A DNA stretch of 64,000 nt from Macrostomum lignano (Eukaryota). The notes under the pieces were generated by a model. It worked only from the letters and a program-made list of their open reading frames with translations, was not told the origin of the DNA and did no database searches. The DNA lies in the NCBI GenBank assembly GCA_002269645.1, contig NIVC01000689.1:1-64000 (forward strand). The letters are read 5' to 3'. Positions 37,357 through 49,289 of the stretch are shown in pieces; positions within the stretch are counted from its first letter, which is position 1; each line of letters opens with the position of its first letter. A program made the position numbers and the translations under genes.

Positions 37357-38559
37357 GTGAGTCATGGCTGCGATTGGGAACTGGGAAAAGTGACAAACAT
37401 CTGAAGCGGATCGCATAAAGAACTTCATACATGATGACAGTCGTAATTGCACGATCGAAATAAAGATACAGCCTGCAATCCATGACCCATTGCTTTTACA
37501 AGCAGAGCGCAGATCCTGCAGTCCCCCAGCCTGCGCACTGACTCCTCCCATTAGTCTTCGGTCGGAGTGTTTTTATTGATTTTTTATCCTGCATGCATAC
37601 TCGGTTCGGCTTATAAGCTCGTGGGAGCGGCCTGCCTGTCAGCTGTGTTTGGTCACCGCTGCCTCCATCTGGTCTCGGAATGCATCGAGCTTTGAGCACA
37701 ATATTATCACCCCCCCCATAATGCCCAGGCCATCCAGTTGTCACTGATTTCTATAAGACAGGTACAGACAGACATTGTGGGGGGGTTGCATGGGGTATCA
37801 ATAAAATTCTTGTCCTTGAAGTTGAAAGATCTCAAAGATTGAAGAGTGAGGAGCAGGGGACAATTTTATGACACTTGTATACATGAGCTCTCCTGCACGC
37901 TTGTCGGTTCCTTCCGGTGTTTTGGCAGCCAGGCTCCATGAGTTCCATGTGGGCGGATAGGCAGAAGGGCAACTGGTCACACAAATAATGCCCGGCAATT
38001 TACAGCTATCTATATCTGCTCCTCCGCACTGATAGGGATTCGAGATATGATATCGACGCAACTCTTCGAAAGGGGAAGCATGCACTCTTTTGTGCAGAGC
38101 TTCAATTCCCCAGAGGGCATCCACAATTGACTCTGGCAAGGTGGCGCAACAATAGTCTCAACATTGGAGCACTTCCTCTCTCACCTTGCACAGCTCTGGG
38201 CCTATCAAACAATCACTGCTATCACCTTTAGGGAGAAAAGAGAGAGAGGGGGGAAGGGAAGTCGAAAATTGCTTGCTAAACGGTAAAACAATTGAGTTTG
38301 TTTGTGAGTGTTATCTTGTCCATCGGTGTGTTTATAGCAGTTGTATATGTTGCAGTATGTGTGTGTAAGAGCTGTGTGCCCTACAGGTCTTCCAATGTGC
38401 TTGTAATATGTCAGGCTGATTGTGCAATTTTCCAGAGATATCCGACAGATTAACGTTTTCAGTTTAAAATTGTCTTTAAGTATAGAACAATTGCAGAAAG
38501 GCGAAAGGACACCTGACTGTTTGAACTCCACTAACCTGAGACTTCCTGAACCAACTGAC

Positions 38560-38752
38560 TCTTCCTGAACCCCACCCACCCTTCCTGAACCCCACCCACC
38601 CTTCCTGAACCCCACCCACCCTTCCTGAACCCCACCCACCCTTCCTGAACCCCACCCACCCTTCCTGAACCCCACCCACCCTTCCTGAACCCACCCACCC
38701 TTCCTGAACCCCACCCACCCTTCCTGAACCCCACCCACCCTTCCTGAACCCC
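38560..38752. repeat. 20-bp minisatellite (CTTCCTGAACCCCACCCACC)n in evx intron 1
   Basis: Direct reading. Confidence 0.95.
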
Positions 38753-38888
38753 GCTCACATTCCTGAGCCGCAATCGCCACTTCCTAAAAATCAGTGAATT
38801 TTTCCTGAGCTCATCTTTGATTTTCTTGAACAAAAAGAGACAGCACATAGTTTTCTGCAACTTGCTCAACCAACCGTTTCACTTGCAG

Positions 38889-39236
38889 ACCAGGCCAGCG
38901 GCTGCTCCTCGCCGACTAACGACTTTAGCGACGGCATCATGGGCGTCGGCGTCGGCAGCGGAGCAGGCGGTTCAATGAGTCACCAGTCCTCTGGTGGCCT
39001 CGGCGGCGCGGCCGATGACCCAAACCTCAAGAGGTACCGCACAGCCTTCAGCCGGGAGCAGCTGGACCGCCTGGAGAAAGAGTACCGGCGCGAGTCGTAC
39101 GTGTCCAGGCCGAGACGGTGCGAGCTGGCCACCCAGCTCGGGCTGCCTGAGAGCACCATCAAGGTGTGGTTCCAGAATCGCCGGATGAAGGACAAGCGGC
39201 AGCGGATAGCGCAGAGCTGGCCGTACAACTTGGCTG
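38889..39236 (+). CDS. evx: Even-skipped homeobox gene exon 2 (homeodomain)
   Basis: [59 protein letters not shown] followed by WPY: diagnostic Evx homeodomain. Confidence 0.97.
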
Positions 39237-39254
39237 GTGAGTGAGAGCAGAATC

Positions 39255-40285
39255 TAACCCACATTTCTAATCTAATCTAATCTACAGACACATTTCTAAT
39301 CTAATCTAATCTACAGACACATTTCTAATCTAATCTAATCTACAGACACATTTCTAATCTAATCTAATCTACAGACACATTTCTAATCTAATCTACAGAC
39401 ACATTTCTAATCTAATCTACAGAAACATTTCTAATCTAATCTAATCTACAGACACATTTCAAATCTAATCTAATCTACAGACACATTTCTAATCTAATCT
39501 AATCTACAGACACATTTCAAATCTAATCTACAGACACATTTCTAATCTAATCTAATCTACAGACACATTTCTAATCTAATCTACAGAAACATTTCTAATC
39601 TAATCTAATCTACAGACACATTTCTAATCTAATCTAATCTACAGACACATTTCAAATCTAATCTAATCTACAGACACATTTCTAATCTAATCTAATCTAC
39701 AGACACATTTCAAATCTAATCTACAGACACATTTCTAATCTAATCTAATCTACAGACACATTTCTAATCTAATCTACAGAAACATTTCTAATCTAATCTA
39801 ATCTACAGACACATTTCTAATCTAATCTAATCTACAGACACATTTCTAATCTAATCTAATCTACAGACACATTTTAAATCTAATCTACAGACACATTTCT
39901 AATCTAATCTACAGAAACATTTCTAATCTAATCTAATCTACAGACACATTTCTAATCTAATCTAATCTACAGACACATTTCTAATCTAATCTACAGACAC
40001 ATTTCAAATCTAATCTACAGACACATTAAATATCTACAGACACGTTTGGGTAATCGGCCCCGCCGCCGAAGCCACCAGAGGACTGGTGACTCATTGAACC
40101 GCCTGCTCATTTCTACAATAATTCACAGAAACATGATCTAACCCACAGACACATTTCTAATCTAACCCACAGACATTTATAATCTAGCCCACAGACACAT
40201 TTTTATCTAATTCACAGACACATTTCTAATCCACAGACACATTTCTAATCCACAGACACATTTCTAATCCACAGAGACACATGTC
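39255..40285. repeat. 24/29-bp minisatellite (ACACATTTCTAATCTAATCTAATCTACAG)n in evx intron 2
   Basis: Direct reading; regular to about 40030, degenerate afterwards. Confidence 0.97.
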
Positions 40286-40339
40286 TAACACCCTCTACAA
40301 GCCTCTACAAAGCAACCCCCAACCCATCCCAACCCGCAG

Positions 40340-40839
40340 TGGCCAACCCGCAGCTGTACACCTACCTGGTGCGGGCGGCCTCGGTCTATCACTACTGCGT
40401 CTCTATCGGCGCCAATCCGCCGCAGATTCCGTCGCCGACCCTGACTCAGCCGACCAGCATCGGCGTCGGCGGAGACGTCGAAGCGAACGGCGGCGTTGCC
40501 GGAGACTCGATAGAATCGTCAGCAAGCTCTGCGGCGAGCGCTGCCACGGCGATGGCCGCTGTGATGGCCGCCGCCAGCTATGCCAGGGCTGTCGGGCTGC
40601 CTCTCGCTCCGCCGCCGCCACCTCCGCCGCCGCCGCCGCCGCCAGCGCCGATGCCGCAGATGCCGTCGATGCCGCTGCATCACCAACACCATGCGGCTGG
40701 CTGGAGGCCGCAGCTGCCGATGCCTGCTGCAGCTTCGCTCGCCTGCACGACGGCAGGTGCGGCCTTGGCGACGTCAGCGAAAGACGCAACTGCCGCCGGC
40801 GGGAAGTCTGGCGCCATCTTTCGGCCATTTGACGGCTAA
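40340..40839 (+). CDS. evx: Even-skipped exon 3 (Ala/Pro-rich region, C-terminal IFRPF); spliced product 324 aa
   Basis: Acceptor cccgcag| gives WPYNLAVANPQLYTYL, resembling the Evx WPY..DP..YTY motif; TAA 40837-40839. Confidence 0.9.
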
Positions 40840-41881
40840 GCTAAGGAGATAAACGCAGAAACTAAATTAATACTAATAAATTTGCTTCAGCTTCACCAGT
40901 TGCACTTCAAATGCTTGCTAATTATTATGGATGAACTTGTCTCAGAGTAATTCTGCAGCGTCACTGTGACTTTGATCTCATTGTGTTTTCTCTTTTTTCA
41001 TTAAAACTAAAGCATTCTCTCAGCTAACTGGTGTTATCTCATATTGTACATAAATTTTATGCACCTCGGGGCCTGATGCTTGTTGCCAGGCGGGCACCGA
41101 ACTTCATCACTAATCCTTACGCGATAATAACAAATACACGCGTATCAAAACTTTGAAAGAAAAGGTCGAATTTGCGCAGTTACTCGTGTTATTATTGTTA
41201 TTATTATTATTATTTGCGGAGTTCAAATTGACCGAATTTGAATTGCGTCTTTGATGACCCGGGTGTGGGTGGCGGCATTGATGGGCATTCATGCTGTGCT
41301 TCAACAGGGACCAGAATTGCTGATTGGGATCTGTGCATTTACTGCAGGTGGGGAGATAACGCTCTCAGATATCAAGACTCGCTTCCCGACATGCCGTCGC
41401 CACAAGCAGCCGTCACCCCCCTTCCCCATGGTGATAGCCAGTGGTCTGTCGGCTCGGTGTGACAGTGCAGTGCAGTCCCATCCGACGGCTGTTGCTGGGC
41501 TGGGTTTGGGGATGCCGCTTGTCCGGCAACAGGTTATGGCGTATGCGAATGATCCCGTCCATGGAGGCCCTGGAGCCAGAATATGGTGCAGCGCTTATTG
41601 TTGGCATTAGTTACTAGAACTGGGTTTTTCATTCAATAGAATCAAATAGAATTTCTGATAGTTTAAACGAATAAAACAACTGGTCAATCGGTTAAATTGA
41701 AGGTTTGTTCAAGCGTTTACAGTCCAGACTTTTGTTGAAGACGTCCTTGAGGCTTGTCCAGATTTTCATATCCGTCAGCCAGGTGGGGAATGGGGCTAAG
41801 AGAGAAAGTTGCCTATTTAAAGTGGCTTTCGGGGCAGGGTTGAAAGCAAATGTGGAAGCTGTTTGGGGGGAATGGGTGTTT

Positions 41882-42031
41882 TTAGTATTTTACAATGTCT
41901 TCCTTGGCGGGTGGCCGGGCGGCGGCGGCGGCGGCGGCTGCAGCTGCGGCGACAGAGGCGCGACGAAACGCCTTCTCGGACTTGTCGTCTGGTCTGGCCA
42001 GCGTCGGTGGCGCCTCAGCTCCAGGTGGCAT
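41882..42031 (-). CDS. Candidate 49-aa small ORF MPPGAEAPPTLARPDDKSEKAFRRASV(A)11RPPAKEDIVKY
   Basis: GC-rich island in AT-rich DNA with ATG and TAA; acceptor-like ttcacag about 40 nt upstream. No homology recognised. Confidence 0.3.
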   Translation of the reverse strand: MPPGAEAPPTLARPDDKSEKAFRRASVAAAAAAAAAAARPPAKEDIVKY

Positions 42032-42254
42032 CCTCTAGGAGGCCGCCAGCTGGACCAGAAATTTTGGAACTGTCTGTGAAATTCAAAGCAAATCTAGATT
42101 AGAACAAGCAGAATGATAGCCGGTCTGTGTACTTACAGTTCGCTAATTTTAGGCTCAGACCGCCGCATCACGAGTTTCACATGGGGTTTGATAGTTTCAA
42201 TTTGAAAGCTTTTCTTTAGATTATGCTTTCAGTTTCAAAGTGCTTTATGTGGAC

Positions 42255-43355
42255 GGGGCGGGTTCTGCAGGGTGAAAAATCTAAGGGGCGGATTCTGCAG
42301 GGTTTGCAATGAAGGGGCGGATTCTGCAGGGTTTACAATGTAAGGGGCGGATTCTGCAGGGTTTACAATGTAAGGGGCGGATTCTGCAGGGTTTACAATG
42401 TAAGGGGCGGATTCTGCAGGGTGTACAATACAAGGGGCGGATTCTGCAGGGTGTACAATGGAAGGGGCGGATTCTGCAGGGTGTACAATGGAAGGGGCGG
42501 GTTCTGCAGGGTGTAAAATGTAAAGGGCGGAGATTCTGCAGGGTTTGCAATTTAAGGGGCGGATTCTGCAGGGTTTACAATGTAAGGGGCGGATTCTGCA
42601 GGGTTTGCAATGTAAGGGGCGGATTCTGCAGGGTTTACAATGGAAGGAGCGGATTCTGCAGGGTGTACAATGGAAGGGGCGGATTCTGCAGGGTGTACAA
42701 TGGAAGGGGCGGATTCTGCAGGGTGTACAATGGAAGGGGCGGGTTCTGCAGGGTGTAAAATGTAAAGGGCGGAGATTCTGCGGGGTTTGCAATTTAAGGG
42801 GCGGATTCTGCAGGGTTTACAATGTAAGGGGCGGATTCTGCAGGGTTTGCAATGTAAGGGGCGGATTCTGCAGGGTGTAAAATACAAGGGGCGGATTCTG
42901 CAGGGTGTACAATGGAAGGGGCGGATTCTGCAGGGTGTACAATGGAAGGGGCGGATTCTGCAGGGTGTACAATGGAAGGGGCGGGTTCTGCAGGGTGTAA
43001 AATGTAAAGGGCGGAGATTCTGCAGGGTTTGCAATGTAAGGGGCGGATTCTGCAGGGTTTACAATGTAAGGGGCGGATTCTGCAGGGTTTGCAATGTAAG
43101 GGGCGGATTCTGCAGGGTTTACAATGGAAGGAGCGGATTCTGCAGGGTGTACAATGGAAGGGGCGGATTCTGCAGGGTTTACAATGGAAGGAGCGGATTC
43201 TGCAGGGTGTACAATGGAAGGGGCGGATTCTGCAGGGTGTACAATGGAAGGGGCGGGTTCTGCAGGGTTTGCAATTTAAGGGGCGGATTCTGCAGGGTTT
43301 GCAATTTAAGGGGCGGATTCTGCAGGGTTTGCAATGGAAGGGGCGGATTCTGCAA
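42255..43355. repeat. 30-bp minisatellite (AAGGGGCGGATTCTGCAGGGTTTACAATGT)n with a 242-bp higher-order period
   Basis: Variant CGGAGATTC recurs at 42531, 42773, 43015. Confidence 0.97.
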
Positions 43356-43828
43356 TGAATTGCCAGTCCAGGCTCAGCCTCTTGGCCTCCTTGGCTTGAC
43401 CTGCGATCCACAACTGTCCATAATGGGATGGCAGATGCGTCTCATCAAAACAGACAGGCTCAATCTGCTCCGGAGTTCCGAACTCTAATTAATTATTAAC
43501 AAAACTAGAAGTCAGTCGGCGAGTCTATATCTGAGTGCCTTGAGGAATAATTCCCCAATGTTTATTAACCTCCCCAGTTGAACGGGTGTCAGTTAGTTGA
43601 GTCCCTTCATCTTGGCTGGCCAAGCCTTGGCAACCCGACTAGCTGAGCATATGATAAGGAAAATTCATTTTCTTGTAAACTTGTGTCTGAGGCCTGATCC
43701 AAAGCAAATCAATATTCCAGTGCAGAAGTATTTATCTCAAAACTGTCATTTTTAATCCTATAGGGTATAAGAAAGGTATAGGTTGTGCGCCATTTTTAAC
43801 CTTGGGTGCCATTAGTTTATTGTATGTG

Positions 43829-44965
43829 GTGCCATTTTTATCAGTGAGTGCCATTTTTATCAGTGAGTGCCATTTTTATCAGTGAGTGCCATTTTTATCA
43901 GTGAGTGCCATTTTTATCAGTGAGTGCCATTTTTATCAGTGAGTGCCATTTTTATCAGTGAGTGCCATTTTTATCAGTGAGTGCCATTTTTATCAGTGAG
44001 TGCCATTTTTATCAGTGAGTGCCATTTTTATCAGTGAGTGCCATTTTTATCAGTGAGTGCCATTTTTATCAGTGAGTGCCATTTTTATCAGTGAGTGCCA
44101 TTTTTATCAGTGAGTGCCATTTTTATCAGTGAGTGCCATTTTTATCAGTGAGTGCCATTTTTATCAGTGAGTGCCATTTTTATCCGTGAGTGCAGTTTTT
44201 CAGTGAGTGCCATTTTTATCAGTGGGTGCCATTTTTATCAGTGGGTGCCAGTTTTATCAGTGGGTGCCATTCTTATCAGTGGGTGCCATTTTTATCAGTG
44301 GGTGCCATTCTTATCAGTGGGTGCCATTCTTATCAGTGGGTGCCATTCTTATCAGTGGGTGCCATTTTTTATCAGTGAGTGCCATTCTTATCAGTGGGTG
44401 CCATTCTTATCAGTGGGTGCCATTTTTTATCAGTGAGTGCCATTCTTATCAGCCGGGTGTCATTTTTATCAGTGGGTGTCATTTTTATCAGTGAGTGCCA
44501 TTTTTATCAGTGAGTGTCATTTTTATCAGTGAGTGTCATTTTTTATCAGTGAGTGCCATTTTTATCAGTGGGTGCCATTTTTATCAGTGGGTGCCATTCT
44601 TATCAGTGAGTGCCATTTTTATCAGTGAGTGCCATTTTTATCAGTGAGTGCCATTTTTATCAGTGGGTGCCATTCTTATCAGTGGGTGCCATTCTTATCT
44701 GTGGGTGCCACTTTTATCAGCCGGGTGTCATTTTTATCAGTGAGTGTCATTTTTTATCAGTGAGTGCCATTTTTATCAGTGGGTGCCATTTTTATCAGTG
44801 GGTGCCATTCTTATCAGTGAGTGCCATTTTTATCAGTGAGTGCCATTTTTATCAGTGAGTGCCATTTTTATCAGTGGGTGCCATTTTTATCAGTGGGTGC
44901 CATTCTTATCAGTGGGTGCCATTCTTATCAGTGGGTGCCACTTTTATCAGCCGGGTGCCGTTTTT
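43829..44965. repeat. 19-bp minisatellite (CCATTTTTATCAGTGAGTG)n
   Basis: Direct reading; left part nearly perfect. Confidence 0.97.
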
Positions 44966-45819
44966 ATCATTAGCCACGCAAACCAGTCGCCATTAAAAAT
45001 CATAGGGAAACGTTTTATTTTATTTTATTTAAACTTCAGTTGATAGAAACCCCGAATTAGTACCCAAAGAGGATCTATGAACAATTTAAATGATCGCATT
45101 ATTAAGTCAAAAGTAATTACACAACAACTTCTTTAACTAAAGATTTGCCATGATCTATCCAACACCTTGAGCACAGACTCAAGGGCCAGAAGTGTTTTAC
45201 TTTGCAGCTCTGTTGCTCAGCTACCTGCCACCCTACCCTGCCTATTCAGGTCGACCGAGTGCGCACAGCATCATTTGCATGCCGCTTACCAGATTAAATA
45301 CGCGCATGCGTAACAACTCCGGCCCTGAGTTCTGAGCAGCACTCACGTGGCCCTGAAGTTTTACAACCCTCATCTAACTCCTCACCCCCCTGTTACATTC
45401 GAGCACTCTATTGAGTCTGTTTGAGTCCGCTGCCAGGACCGCCGGCGCCAGAGACTCGAAGAATATTGGCGCTTCTGCTACACCTTGCAGCATCGTGTCT
45501 CCAACTCTTCATCAGAAGTCATAATTTCTTTTTCAAAGTTTTTGTCTCCGTTTCTCTATATCTATTTGGTTAATCTTTATTGTTAGAACTAAATAAATTA
45601 TCGGGGTTGGGACAGGGGAGCGGCAGGGGAGGGCAAGCCCCACCCCCACAGTATAAGCAGTGGTCGGTGCTAAGAAAATGAACTTTTAAATGAACAAAAC
45701 AAACAGCTTGATTAAAATTCAAAATGGTCAGAATGAGTGCCTGCGGTGCCAAAAAAATTGGGTGCCATTTTTGCCAGTGGCTGCCTTCTTTATCGGTGGG
45801 ATGTGGGTGCCTTTTATAA

Positions 45820-46380
45820 CAGCGGGTGCCATTTTTTTCAGTTGGTGCCATTTTTATCAGTGGGTGCCATTTTTTTCAGCCGGGTGCCATTTTTACCAGC
45901 GGGTGGCATTTTTATCAGTTGGTGCCATTTTTATCAGTGGGTGCCATTTTTATCAGTGGGTGCCATTTTTATCAGTGGTTGCCATTTTTATCAGTGGTTG
46001 CCATTTTTATCAGTGGGTGCCATTTTTATCAGTGGGTGCCATTTTTATCAGTGGTTGCCATTTTTATCAGTGGGTGCCATTTTTTTCAGCCGGGTGCCAT
46101 TTTTTTCATTGGGTGCCATTTTTATCAGTGGGTGCCATTTTTATCAGTGGTTGCCATTTTTATCAGTGGGTGCCATTTTTATCAGTGGTTGCCATTTTTA
46201 TCAGTGGGTGCCATTTTTATCAGTGGGTGCCATTTTTATCAGTGGGTGCCATTTATATCAGTGGGTGCCATTTTTATCAGTGGGTGCCATTTTTTACAGC
46301 GGGTGCTATTTTTATCAGTTGGTGCCATTTTTATCAGCGGGTGCCATTTTTTATCAGCAGGTGCTATTTTTATCAGCAGG
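45820..46380. repeat. Second array of the same 19-bp family (CCATTTTTATCAGTGGGTG)n
   Basis: Direct reading. Confidence 0.95.
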
Positions 46381-46992
46381 TGGTTTTCTTCCCTGCTTAG
46401 GTTCCACTGCAGCCAGCTACAATAAGTACTGCAGTGGTAAATGAGAATACTTATCAGAGAAGAGAAATGAGAATATATCAGAAGTGTTATTAAGAGTACG
46501 CGACGCTGGCAGAGTGACAGAGAATAATAGCAAGCGCAAGTTGTAAACGGTAGCATTTATGATAAAGAAATTTCAACATTGCGGAAATTAAATCTTTGTC
46601 GAGATGACCAGCTCAGGCCAACTCGCTGCGAATTCCCAGGACAGCTCGAAAACAGTCCAGAGTCCAGAGTTGCTTCTTGTCGGCTCACTTGCTTGATTTC
46701 GCTAACAGCTTTGCTGGAGAAAATTGCTCCCGGGTTGGTTGTAAAACTTTTCTGATCGTTATAATGCGCCTCACAAGTGGCTTTAGCGATTCTCGAAGCA
46801 ATATGAGATTGACTGCGCTTAAGTGATTGGCTGCTGGCTGACAAAATCCGATTCCCAACTGGGCGCTGAGTTATTCATGATGACGGGGCTTGGCGCGCTC
46901 CGCTCATTACACTGATTAGTCCGATAGTTCGGTTTTAATCTCAGATTTTCAACATTCGATGCAGTTTTATGACTGGCTCTTTTATAGTAGCT

Positions 46993-48280
46993 TAGCAATC
47001 CATTCTATGCGCTGATCTGAGTTACAGATTTACAGTCCTGTGGTTGACTAGATTAGCAATCCATTCTATGCGCTGATCTGAGTTACAGATTTACAGTCCT
47101 GTGGTTGACTAGATTAGCAATCCATTCTATGCGCTGATTTGAGTTACAGATTTACAGTCCTGTGGTTGACTAGATTAGCAATCCATTCTATGCGCTGATT
47201 TGAGTTACAGATTTACAGTCCTGTGGTTGACTAGATTAGCAATCCATTCTATGCGCATTACTGTATATACACCTTCAGCCATAATAGGCTAGATTAGCAA
47301 TCCATTATATACAGTGTACACCTTCAGCCATGATAGGCTAGATTAGCAATCCATTATATACAGTGTACACCTTCAGCCATGATAGGCTAGACTAGCAATC
47401 CATTATATACAGTGTACACCTTCAGCCATGATAGGCTAGACTAGCAATCCATTATATACAGTGTACACCTTCAGCCATGATAGGCTAGATTAGCAATCCA
47501 TTATATACACCTTCAGCCATGATAGGCTAGATTAGCAATCCATTATATACACCTTCACCCATGATAGGCTGGATTAGCAATCCATTATATACACCTTCAG
47601 CCATGATAGGCTAGATTAGCAATCCATTATATACACCTTCAGCCATGATAGGCTAGATTAGCAATCCATTACTGTATATACACCTTCAGCCATGATAGGC
47701 TAGATTAGCAATCCATTATATACACCTTCACCCATGATAGGCTAGATTAGCAATCCATTATATACACCTTCACCCATGATAGGCTAGATTAGCAATCCAT
47801 TATATACACCTTCAGCCATGATAGGCTAGATTAGCAATCCATTATATACACCTTCACCCATGATAGGCTAGATTAGCAATCCATTATATACACCTTCAGC
47901 CATGATAGGCTAGATTAGCAATCCATTACTGTATATACACCTTCAGCCATGATAGGCTAGATTAGCAATCCATTATATACACCTTCAGCCATGATAGGCT
48001 AGATTAGCAATCCATTACTGTATATACACCTTCAGCCATGATAGGCTAGATTAGCAATCCATTATATACACCTTCAGCCATGATAGGCTAGATTAGCAAT
48101 CCATTACTGTATATACACCTTCAGCCATGATAGGCTAGATTAGCAATCCATTATATACACCTTCAGCCATGATAGGCTAGATTAGCAATCCATTACTGTA
48201 TATACACCTTCAGCCATGATAGGCTAGATTAGCAATCCATTATATACACCTTCAGCCATGATAGGCTAGATTAGCAATCC
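46993..48280. repeat. Compound minisatellite: 61-bp units then 42/47/51-bp units sharing a TAGATTAGCAATCCATT core
   Basis: Periods 61 (46993/47054) and 42 (47533/47575). Confidence 0.95.
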
Positions 48281-49289
48281 ATATTTTTTAATATGCTGCA
48301 AGAATGTACGAGTTATGCCGCACAAGCATCGCTGCTAAAAATTTAAATAAAAATCGTGAAGGCCAGTTTGTATTGCTTCTGCTGAAAGGACACTGGGGGG
48401 GGGCATGAAAAAAGAATTATTAAACGACTAAACAAGTTCTCACGATGCTGGCATTACGAATGTCTGCTGTTTTCAACCTGCCAGAGACAGCCTGCAGTGG
48501 GACTTGAAGGAGAGAAAAACTGATTCCACAAAATGGCAGTGATGATGTTTATAATTGCCTATCTAATGTTTTCCGCGCAATCTTACAGCTTTTTTATGCT
48601 TAATTTAACAAATCGTTGAGAAGCAAGAGCGAGACTGGAGCTTCTCAGGCTAATAAAAGGCATACTTAATAGCCTAGCCATAAGTCTGATATTTGCCGCA
48701 GTGCTCAAAGGTGCCGTGGGGGGGGGGGGGTTGGCAGTACAGTGGCAATTATGATAAATGCCGCAGCCCCCCAAGAGACTTGCAGCAGCTTTGTCAATAG
48801 AAAAAGTTGTTAAGCATTTGGTTTTTACAATCATGCTCTCATTATACCGTATTATTTAGATTTGCAGAACTGCTGCAGCGAGTGCAGGGTGCGAGTGTAG
48901 GGTTTACACGCAGAGCTTATATTCACTTACCCTGCTTCTGACCTCATCTAGTTAGACTTCCAGACCCTTCGTCTTAGAGCTCCCTTGCCTTTATTGTTGT
49001 CAGGTCGTCCACCGCAACTAGGAGGGGGGGGGGCAATGATTTGATGCCAGACTATTCTCACTACTCCGCACGTATTGTGTGCGCTTTTGATACCTTGAAA
49101 TAGAGTGTAACAATTGCATGCAGGGCGCTTGTAAAGCATTCATCGACTATTTACAAATTTTTAGCTGATGTGTTCTCTTCTCTTATTCTCTCTACATACC
49201 CTGTGTAGTGGCTTCTAACTCTCTCTAAAAGAAGAGAATATCGCTTTCAAAAGAAGGCACAAAAAACTACATGAACTGCTCTACTCTCT

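Noticed and set aside
41200-41610. Possible R2/RLE-type LINE 3' end with (AAT)n tail on the minus strand (HIL...RHN)
   Set aside because: Needs several frameshifts and lacks a convincing PD..D motif.
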